DNA of 64,000 nt, taken from NCBI GenBank assembly GCA_000708835.1, contig DF237130.1, forward strand, positions 62,001 through 126,000, in the 5' to 3' direction. Position 1 is the stretch's first letter. The number at the start of each line of letters is the position of its first letter. The position numbers and the translations under genes are program-made. Source of the DNA: Klebsormidium nitens (taxonomy: Eukaryota; Plantae; Klebsormidiophyceae). The notes under the pieces are model-generated. The model did no database searches. It worked only from the letters and a program-made list of their open reading frames with translations, and had not been told where the DNA came from. Below, piece by piece: positions 1 through 10,900 of this stretch.

Positions 1-635
1 CCGGTATCCAAATTGAGCAGGGACGCGAGCTCGGGCGGCAGGTCCGGGTCTGCTTCGGGGCCGTTCGCGGTGCGGCTCTCGTACACCCGGATCTTACTCT
101 GCATCGTCTGCTCCAAGCGGGCCTGTGCCTGCATAACAAGAACGAGATGCCTGCTAAAAAAGAGACTGAGTGGACAACAAATATTCCCGGTGAAAAGAAA
201 GAGTGGATGACGTAGTTCCTGTTGAGACGGGACTGAGTGGATACTCTACTTGATCAATTGAGAACGCAACTGAGAGGTTGGACTGACACTGACAGGAGTC
301 CAAGCGACATGAGAAGCATGCAGTCTTGACAGAGTGTTCTCGAGGTGACGGGCTTGTGTCGCAGAGACTGGTTGAAGCACTTCTGCATCGTCTTTAACGC
401 GGAGGTCAGAGGAGAAAGACGAGAGGATCGACTTGCGAAGCACTGCGGTACTCGCAGCAGCAGACTGCATTGGGTAGAACATTGCTTCGAGAAGTGCCAA
501 TGAGTGCGAACTGGCATAACTGAGCAGACCGAAAATTCGATGCTTTATTAAACTTTAGGCTCTTTGGCGGGCCGCTTCAGAGAAACCTGATCCAGTAGCC
601 CTCATACCAGCCTTCTGAAAAGAGGGCGGTCTTAC

Positions 636-3228
636 CAGTTGCTGGCAGTAGGCATGCCAGGTCTGTTCGTTGAGTTCGAAGTTGAAATAGTCCGACACGT
701 CAGTGCCCGCAAACCGCCACGGCTTCATCTCCAGCTCCTCCAGGTTCAGATCAAACACGTGGCTGCAGGCAGAGCGATCATTTCTGTGAGCTTTCCACCA
801 GACACCCTCGCCTGGGACTGCAGACAGCGGCGAAGGCCTGTTTGCAGTTTTCAAGTGCACATCAGCATGGATCCCCGACATGATAGATCATATCTGTGGT
901 GGTGTCAGACAGGCAAGCTACCCGGAAGTGTGCACTGTTGCCTCCAGAAATGCAATGGTTTCCGTCCCTGAGATGCTACCAGCTCCGCTCTTGCTCTAGG
1001 CCAGCCTGCCAAGAGGCATGCCTTTCCTAAGCACGTGTATGGCTTCAAAAGTCAACGAGACGCAAGCACTCTTCTGTCGATTAACCTACTCCCTATTTTC
1101 TTGATCCGCTGATATCGCCAGAAGGAATGAACGGTTCCTCTTGAAGACACTTCAGAAGCCACTATGTCACTTTACTTGTTACCGGACAGGAATGGCAAAC
1201 AGCAAGAAGAAAACTAGAGAGCAGCACCGTCTCAGGCTCCATTCAATACTTGTCCCATTTGTGCTGTCCTTCTGATTCAGACTACATTTACGGACTTCCT
1301 ACCTTGCGTTTGGAAAGTACACATCATTCCCCCGCTGCTGCTGCCCCCACCGGCGGCCCCCCCTGCCGCCATACTGCATCCCATTTTGCATCTGAGAGAC
1401 ATCCTGAACTGGCCGCTCTTCCAGTGCCTGGTCAGCGGGTTTGGGTCCAGCCACACCAGAAGATGGTAGCGACTGCAAAATGAAGATCGAGAGATCGATA
1501 CTCCAAGTCATAATGCGGGCTCTTTTCAAAACCAAGCGCTTGCTGTCTGGAGCAAGTTTCAAAACTTGTCATTTGGAACGGGTCATAATATGGTGCAACA
1601 TGATGGGAAAAGGAGGAATAACTGGACAGAATGTTGCTTGCATTTCGTCGGACAATTCACAGATACAACTTTATGACGTGCAAACATACTGGCTGTACAA
1701 TTCAATAGTGATGCAGGCGTGTCCATCCTGTCTCGATATCGAGCCAAGCAACTTGAAAGTTGACCTCTCAATGAAAATTAGGAAGTTCCTAGCAGACAAA
1801 ATGATGACAAAGTTCGATAAGCAATGCTGATATTCAAATGCAAGGAGCATGGTCAAGATTGAGTTACTACTGAAGAAAGCACACGAGATCAGCACAAACT
1901 GACACAGCATGTTCCACCGAAAGCATCTGTTTCGGCTCACTTAAAAGAGCTTGACAGTGAGGAGAATCAGGTCTCTGTGCGGCATAACAAGTATCACACA
2001 ACTCAACAATTTTCACACAATTATGACCACTATCGTCTACTACTTTCTTACCACCCTCAAAGTATCTCCTTACTGATTACTATGAAGCCTCCGCACAACT
2101 CTTCTTTTGACAACAAGTTGAACAAGCCGCCAGCGCACCCGGGACACACGACAGTCCCGTATCTGTCTTACACTGATGGACAACCACTCAAGAGCCTGCC
2201 TGGCAGCACACAGCGCACAGCGCCTGCTGACGGCAGGGACTGCCAAGCGCTGCCGTGCTCCTCACCTTCAATGAGTACTCCCGCTGCAGCCCCGGCTCGT
2301 CCTCCAAACCCCGCTTCATTCCTGCTGCAGGCCCCGCTCCTTCGTCATCCAGAATGATGGTAAAACCATCGCTGTCTGAGTCGCTCTCCTCATCGCCATC
2401 CCGCTCCGCCCGGGCCGGCACGCGCGAAATTGGCGGCATTGCTGTGTGGCCAACGGCTGGACGCAAGTGGTCGTCATTGACCAGGATCTCAAAATCATCC
2501 TCACTGTCCGAGTCCTCGCTATCCGAATCCTCCTCCTCTTCCACCTCCGGCGCAGTCAGCCCCACCACTGCCGCCAGCTTTGCAACGTCTTCTTCCACCG
2601 GCAGGCTCCCAAACGCTCCTGGTTCCGCAACCTGGTTTACGGCCGGGTTTACCTGACCGGTTTCAGCTGTCAATTGTGGGGCTTCTTCTCCGCCCAGCAG
2701 TGGCTCACCGTCAACGTCACCATACAGTTCACCATACAGATCGTCCTCGTCCTCTGCGTCCGGTGCCGGCAGCTCCCCAACCCTAGTTGTGGCAACCGCC
2801 GCCTCAGTCTCCTGGGGTTTGTTTGCACCGTTCTGCTCGTCTATGCTTGCCCTTTCTTCCTCAGCAATCACTTCATCATCCGCGCCTGCCCCATACAAGG
2901 CCGTATGCAGATCATCCCCATCCCCCTGCTTGTCCATCTTCCCCGCTACCTCCGACCCGTCAATGATCCTCTCTGCTTGCAAGCCAATTTCTCTGGCCAA
3001 TATTGCTTTTGTCCGAAGCTCCTCTTCCGGCTTCAGTGGATATCCAAGCGACGAACCTGCCTTTCCTTCTTCTGTACCCCTTTCTAGACTACGCGCTCCA
3101 TCGCCTTCAGCAGGCGTGGGTGTGCTGAATTGCTGTCCAAATGGCAATGGCACTAAAGGAGCTGCAGCCTCTAGGATTGGTGTTTCTTCCCCAAACAGCG
3201 CGGCCTCAAGCTCAGCATCGTCCGCCAT
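636..3228 (-). CDS. FIP1: Pre-mRNA 3'-end processing factor FIP1 (5' three exons; 3' end unresolved)
   Basis: Exons 3228-2266, 1472-1303 and 762-636 join in frame at GT-AG junctions. Acidic N-terminus with EDSDSEDDFEILVNDD, then the Fip1 motif SHVFDLNLEELEMKPWRFAGTDVSDYFNFELNEQTWHAYCQQL. A donor (GTAAG) follows at 635, but I could not assign the next exon; it may lie in 246-520 or beyond the window edge. Confidence 0.88.
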
Positions 3229-4978
3229 AATTGGCCTATTTACATTATCTGCATCAGCGGCTGTCGCTAGGCCAGGATCCGGCGGACTCCGAGAAACGGA
3301 ATGCCGGAAAAGCGGAATGACGGCCTGCAGTCACGATGTCGGCCTTGGGCCGGCCTCATCATCATGCATCATGAGTCATGCGGAGCCTCATGGCCTCATG
3401 CACATAATGGCGGCCCGATCCTGCAGTACTGTGTCATCATTCATGATCGGCATTCCAAAAAGCACACCGATCGCAGTGTCGTAGCAGCCCCATGCCTTCA
3501 ATGCCTTTGATGCATGGGTATGGGCTTATGAAAAGAGAACATCGCAAAGAAGCGTCCGCGCTTCTGCAACCAAGGACAAATCTCACAGCATCCGTCGCAG
3601 AAGTCAATATCACAACAGCTTTAGGCGAGGAGGGGCAGAAACGTCTAGCAAATACGACTTGCATATGGAGTGTTGCGCGCGGCGCCAGTCCCATTTTCAG
3701 CGGCTGCTCTGAAGTTGCCTGAAAAGACTCCGACGCAGGTTGCTAAATCAGAGCTGACAAGGTAGTGAAGAAGAACTTTCGGAAACCATATACAGGCAAT
3801 CCACAATTCAAGGGAGATGGAGCGAAGAAGGGATGCCGTAGCACATGGAACGACAATCAATCCAAGTCTCCGAGTTCCAGCTACGATATGCAGCTAATTC
3901 TGTGCCAGATTCTGCATCAGTCGGCTAGTAGGGGCAAGTCACATGGACTCATCCTAACGACAGCTGCTAGGTTGAGTCTGAGACTTGTGGGACTCCGTTT
4001 AGCAGCTCCGATGATCGACCGGCATTCGAGCATTCCGCCCGCATTCCGGTGCTCACAGCTCTATCTGAGCACTGCATACTTTATTGAGGCGCACCAAAAC
4101 CTCTCTCACGAACGATGAAGGATTGATGCATATAGTAGGTTGTTGTGAACACAGTTGCGTTTGACATCATGGTGCACTGCTGTCTTGTTGAAAGGTTGCC
4201 ATGTTAAAAAGAAGTTGGTCGGCGGCTCGCCAAGCGGCTGCCGATATGGGCAACTAATTGAGCAAACTGGAGTGAAGGAGCTTTTCGCGATTGGGACTGC
4301 GGTGGACATCCGAGGGAATCTCGGTAACATTGCTTCCAACAGAGACGTACATCCGGGTCTGCAGCGCAGCGGTGAATCGTATTGTTCTCACTTAAAATAT
4401 CCGGATACAATATTCCATTATAAATTTCTTGATAGGCACGCAGGTCTCAACGTCGAGGTGGTCTCTTCCCCCTAGAACTTTCGAGACATCCACACTGATT
4501 CTGAGATTGTCAAGAACTCAACTTATGGTACGCGCGACTTGTTTATTGGGATCGAATGACGAGAGGACTGATCACGTCGGCAATACGTTTGAGCACCTGT
4601 CTGCTTGCAACCCTCTCCAGTATCAATCACTAGCAGAACGGTGATCGCAACCCTCTCGTTTGATCGTTTCTAGCAAAAATTGTCTACTACGGTCTACCAA
4701 TCATCTTGACCCGTGACTGACTCAAAGCCAAAAAGTATCGAGCCAGCATGATACATGGTGAAGCTGGACCTTCTTTCAGAAAGGTTGACTTCTCGCTTGG
4801 AATGACTCTCCTCTCGCGGGCGGATGATCTGACTCTCTATAGGCTTGCAAAATGTGGGGCCGGTGACCCTCTCGAAAGTAGCAGCCGTGGCAATTTGGAC
4901 CCCTTGTGGACTCTTGAAAAATGTGCCAACGCAGCGTTGTACCCAGGGTATGGTCCAGATAAATAAGGCCGAAGTCCC

Positions 4979-7900
4979 TTAAGCACACCGAGGAACTGCG
5001 CCCGGAGCCCCCGTGGGGCACGGGGTCGAGCAGCACACGTAAGTCTGCCCGTTGGCCGCGAAGCACTGCATATCACAAAGCCGAAAGATCCTTAGCTCGG
5101 TTTGAAGGTTTTGGTCACAGAAATGGGCTTTCTGAAAGAGACGGCGTCTTACAGCCAGGCCAAAAAGCAGCAGCTTGCGCATCTTGGCCGGACGACGGTG
5201 TCTGTACCTTGTGCCGCGCCAAGAAAATAAACGTCAGAAGCACGTCCTCCCATTCTAAACCGAAGAGCCGACAAGATATAACTTCCGGAAACGTAAGGAC
5301 TGGTAAAAGCAACAAGAACACATGGGACAATGGTCGGTTGCATTTGGGCTGACCAGAATCAAAACGGAGGGATGCATCACGGTTCGCCCAGCCATGAGAT
5401 TCTTTCACTCAGTTGGCAATTCCTCGTCGACTTTTTGCCTTTCCACCCTCGTCTCAGCCATTTGAGCAAATACACCAGTTGCGTGCTTCATCACTCAAGA
5501 ACGCCCACTTGCAGAATAGGCACCTCATTCACTCATAGTAGTACTCCCTCCAAGTTCGAAGCCGCACCTGATTGGGGGCCGACCCGTAGGGGTCGCAGGT
5601 ACCCCCCACGGGGAGGACCTGAGGGGTCGTGGTCGGGGCCGGCGTGGTGGCCGCCGGTGTGCCGCTGGGGGGGGTGGAAGCGGGGGTGCCGCTGGGGGGG
5701 GTAGAAGTGGGCGTGCTGCCCGGGGTGGTAGAGGCCGGGGTAGAAGTCGGCCCGGAGGTACCGGTGGTCGGGGCCGGGGTGGCCGTGGCGAAGCAGGCGG
5801 TCGGGACCGGGGCGGGGGTGCCGCTGCAGACGGGGTCGACGCCGGGCTGGGTGTTGGGGCACGCGGTCGCGCAGCAGATGTAGCGGTTGCCGGCGGAGTT
5901 GAAGCACTGGAAACAGAAAAGACGGGGGTGTCGGGTGTCAGGATAGACCAGTCAGAGGTGTTGAGAAGTTTCCAAATCAACTCAGCCGATGCGAAGTAGG
6001 GGATGCGATTTGGGAACACGGGCGCCAAGAGAAGGAATTATGGGTTCAACGGAATTAGAGGCTAGATACGATATCGGTCTCTCCTGGAGGAGAGGACTGT
6101 TGTAGCAGAATCTCGTTATCGGTTCCGCTTTCATTTCAGGAGCATTGGTAGCCGGGCTCAGGTATGGAAGGGAAGGTAAGAATACCGGTCGACGTTTCGC
6201 TGTGCTTTAGCTGCAGGTCGAGTGTTCTAAGGGGGCTATTAGCAATGGCTCACTTTTGGTATCGACACGTGTCCTTACTTCTGGTAAGGACACGTGGCGC
6301 AGAAGTGACAAGGTCAGAATCGCTGCTGCGAACGCTAGTCACTGATTGTCTCCTGATAGGGCACAGGGAAAGCTTGGACGGATTGGCAGGGATTTTGGCA
6401 ACTCGACTGGATGCGCTCGGCAAGATCCCCGCAGAGGAAGCCTTCAATCCTTTCTAAACGGCAGAACCTCCATTCGCTGTCTCAGGTGTTTATGTAAAAA
6501 AAGCTGCACTGGGGTCGGCCGTACCTGGTTGGGCGTCGGCCCGGCGTAGTCGCACACCCCGCCAACCGGGAAGGTTGGAGCCGGGGTTGCGGGGGGGCAG
6601 GGAACCGGGATGGTTGCTACCGGGGCATTGGCAGTGGCCGTAGGAGTGGGGGTGGGCGTGGCAGTGGCCGGGGCCGGGGCGGGAGCCGTAGCGGTGGGGG
6701 TGGGGGTAGGGGTGGCAGTGGCCGGGCCGTTGTCAGCCACGAGGTCGAGTCCGAAGATGAGGGGGTCGTGGTCGGAGGTGCGGTAGAATGAGTTGGGGTT
6801 GGCCAGGCCGGTGTCGCTCTGTAGAGGAGAAGAAGAGGGTTTGTGACGTGAGCAATTTTTGTTTGTTGAACCACAGGGCGGCTAGTCGAAAGAGGGCGCA
6901 GAACGGAGGGAAGAAAAAGGGGGGGCGATTCAGATGGATGCATGAGAAAGTGCTCTGCTTTTGAAGCCTGTCAAGCCTGTCAGAGAGGAATAATCTCAAC
7001 GAGGCGAAAAGGCAAGGCAAGCGGGATGCGTTCGGAAGGGGCTAACCGCTTTCAGACTTTTAACGGTGACGTCAATGCTCACGTGACAGAAGGGGGCCAC
7101 CGCTAGGGAGGTCGAGTATCTAGTGTGACGTCACGCTCACGAGCTAGAAGGGGACTTCTGCTCACAAAGTAACCCACACACAAACAAGCAAACAAATGCA
7201 CTTCTCTCTTTCGAAAGAAGGGAAGAGGGCAACAGCTAGGGAGTCGGGTATCTCGTGTGACGTCAGTGCTTACGGCATAGCCCAGCGCGATCTGCTCGTC
7301 GGCGTTGATGTGGAACTCGCCGACGCCCGTCACCTGGCTCACGAGCGACGGCGACGCGAGCGCGTGGTCCAGATAGCCCGACTCGCCGTTGAACACGTAT
7401 GAGTACGCGAAATCGCCGAGGAACTGGCGGATTAGGTTGGTGTAGCCCCCTGCCTCGAACGCCTTGATGGGGTCCTCCATAGCGTATGAGTTCATATCGC
7501 CCGCCAGAACGAAGTCGGGGTCGTTGCTGCCGGTGGGGTCGGTGGCCAGCCAGCGGACGAGCGCCTCGGCGGCGCGCTTACGGGTCAGGTTGCAGTTGCC
7601 CTGCCATAGCGTATGAGAAAGAGTTGTTGGAATCTGCCGCGACGTGAATAGAGCAGCAGCTCTACAAACCAGAAGATTTCGATGTTTCCTTGTGCCTAGG
7701 AGAAGGTACGTCAAGTCTGAAGGAACAGTCGACGTTTTTCGAGCAGCAGCTTTACAAACCAGAGAATTTCAGTGTTTCCTTGTGCCTGAGGAAGGTACGT
7801 CAGGTCTGAAGGAACAAGAGGTCGAGGTGACTGAGCTGATTACATTGAGAGCACGCACTGCCAACAACCTTGGGGAGTTGTTGACGAAAGAGGAGCAGAT

Positions 7901-10900
7901 GAACAATGTGCGAGAATGCGCAGACCAGTTCAGCTCCCACTCGCCTCAAACCACAGATTTCATATGCCACGTGATCGCAATGCTTGTCGTGACGTGGTTC
8001 AAAGAATCATGAACAGACCGTTATTACACAGTCAGTCGCAGGATTCGAAACGGATTCTACCCACCGCAACGGCGATACACCCACTCGTTGAGCCCGACTC
8101 AGCGCACTCTTAGCCAGGCCAAAGCACTTGTCTCAACTTCATGTCGAATAAGGGAAGTGCTTGAGGAACGGGTTTGGTTTGGGGGCTTAAAGTGGGTACG
8201 GGTGCGGAGCATGTTACTTCTAAGTTCCGATTTCTAAGTTGTTCTTTCCCAAGCACAGTCGACCTGCCCTTAGTTGATTTGAAATAAACGGAGGTCTCTT
8301 CTATTCCCTTTTGGAAGGGAAGGCTCTCCAAATGCAGATTGTTCCAGAAGACAACAACCGACGCGACACTTGCTACTCGCCGCACCTGGCCGTCGTTGTT
8401 GTCGGGGTCGCCCGCGCCGCACCCGCTGCCCTTGCTCTTGAGATGGTTTGCGACCACCGTAAACTTGGCCCCCGTGCTGATCTCCATATACGTCTGCGCG
8501 ACCGATGGGCGCTGGATGTCCGAGTTGAAGTCGGGGTCGATGTTCTTAGTGAGGGCCCGGGCCACGCCGACCGGGGTAACCGCGGAGACGCGGTACATCT
8601 GGCCGACCGTGATGGCGTCACTGCCCACGCACTGGCTGTTGCACTGCAAGGATAAGGGTTGACAATGACGTCGGCGCATGGGTGGAGGGTGACGTCGGCG
8701 CAGGGGTGGGAGGGACGGGTTGACTGGCTTTGGGGCAAGACAGAGACCTGACTTTCTTGCGGCGAAAAGAGAACCCGTTTGCTTCCGACATCTCGGGCAT
8801 TTCTTCGGGTTTTGGGGTTCCAGATCCGGGCATTGCCCCGGTAGAACAAATGCTAGCGCCCATAAGGCAATGCCAAGATGCGAAGGACTGCCGGATACAA
8901 GTCAGCACAAGCCTGCGTGTCGGTCCTGGTTAAAATGTGCTATTCAGCAAGCATGGTTGGGGCAGGCGCTTTGTCTCCAATCGTGTCCGTTTTCACTAAG
9001 CAAGCATCTTGTGTGCGTCTGCACCTTCTCTGGTCCAAAAGTGAGTCCTGTGCGTCCAACGCGGTATGATGCCAAGCCCCAGAAAGCTTTCACACGGATC
9101 TACAGCAGCAAACACATCTCACATACACGCGTCATGATGACGTCAGCGTCAGCTCACGTTGGGGTCGGTGCTGATGATGGAGGGGCTGCCGCCATCCCCG
9201 GTGTTGACCCTGATGAAGTCGAACGTGCCCGCGCCGACCTTTGCGTTCACGGCATTAACGAGCGCGACGATTGCGCTCCCGGCGTTGAACCCGTTGTTCT
9301 GCAGCTCTTGGAGGGTGTACACGTCAGCGTTCAGGGCTTCGATGGCGAGCACCGACTTGGACAGCTGCGTCTGGTATTCCTGCAGAAAGTGACATGAGCA
9401 GGTGGTCAATCTGCAGTCAAAAGCTAGCAGCAATTTTCAGGCTGGTAAAGCCGGTTTCATCCAGCTGGACATTGCAGGTTCAGAATATGAAAGCCAGCAC
9501 ACGTTTCAGGTATGCATAGGCTTCTCATGTGTTGAACTCAACTGCTGCAATATCATTCCTGCTTTTGGCGGAGCAACTCTACGCACTGAAAATGAGTTGC
9601 CTCCTATCCGCCGGGTTTTAATAGCCGGACGTTCGACTCGGCCACGCGACTCACGGCCTGATCGGAACACATCTTCCAAATACCGGCGCGAAAACGTTCG
9701 AAACGACATTCAGTGCTAAGCATCTGCGCTGAAAGCAGCCAAACCGGATTGTGAGCAAAGGTTTGGGGCCTGTTCTCACCTCAGGCGTGCTGGCGCCACG
9801 GCAGAGCGACGAGCTGCAGCCCGGGCCTTGCAGCGATGTGAAAAAGTTCTCCAGGTTGAACGCCACCACCTTGAGGCGCCCGCCCACCGCGGGGGGGGCG
9901 GTTGGGCGAGGGTTAGTGGCTGACGAGAAAGTGATGTTGGATGCGGGGGGGCTTGTGGGCTCCAGCAGGAACCCGTAGGAGTTCCCGAAAGACAGGTCCC
10001 CGACCAGGGGGCTGGTTAAGGTGTAACCCACGCGGATGGGGTTGCTGTCACTGAGGCCGGGGGCGGGGTAGGGAATCGGGTTAAGAGGCGAGCTGGAGCC
10101 GGTTCGGCTGGAGCCGTCGTCGATGAGGATGGTCTGGGCGGCGTTCGCGGCCGCGACAGCACGGGCGGGGTCGCCTGCAAAATCATGGGCGAAGGTCAGG
10201 TCACCAACTGACGACTCAAGAACATGTGGCTTTGAAAGCGCTGGATGGGGCAAATATGTCCGGCCTTTACATTTCCTTTTGAGGGGCTACGTTGGGAAGC
10301 TCGAGTGCTTTCAACAAATTGCTGCTGTGAGAAGAAGAGAGAGAGCGGCCATTCGCGTCAAACGAGCTTCTCTCAAGTGCCTTTCGATTAGAGATAGAGA
10401 CTCGCACACAAATCTTCACGAGGCTAAAAATCGAGGGAGAGACTACCTCAGAACAGAGCGGAGACACTTCCAAGCTTTGCAGGGCTTACGAAAACCCTGA
10501 TGAACAACGAGATACTCTGGGACTTCAAGGTGATAAGACGATGTTGATGCGTCAACAACTCTAACACGATGTTTATAAAGTGGGCCATATACGCAAAATA
10601 TAAGCCATCAAGTAGAGAGAAAAGGCGGCCCGACCTGGCGCGGCGATCTGGGTGGGGACGTAACGGCGGCCGTTGACGGACAGCTCAATCTCGCCGTAGA
10701 AGTCGTCTTGGAAGACGTCGGTCACCGTGAGTGGCTGCAAGTAGCAAGCTCATGGGAACGTTGGCAACCCGCAGAGGTAGAGAGTCGGAGCGCAAGCGGC
10801 CACATGTCTCCGCAAGTGGAGTGTGTTTTCTTACTGGGTGATTCATTCCAAGAAGCGAGATTGGACTGTTTTCTTCCTTGGCGAACCGCTGACCAGTACG

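Noticed and set aside
4155-4475. 106-aa plus-strand ORF between FIP1 and gene A
   Set aside because: TTG start, no recognisable motif, no exon-like codon bias or splice partners.
5525-6740. T/P-coding repeats (also 30290-30560) as a CRISPR array or satellite
   Set aside because: The repeats are in-frame coding and degenerate at synonymous sites, with no constant repeat plus unique spacer pattern and no cas genes.
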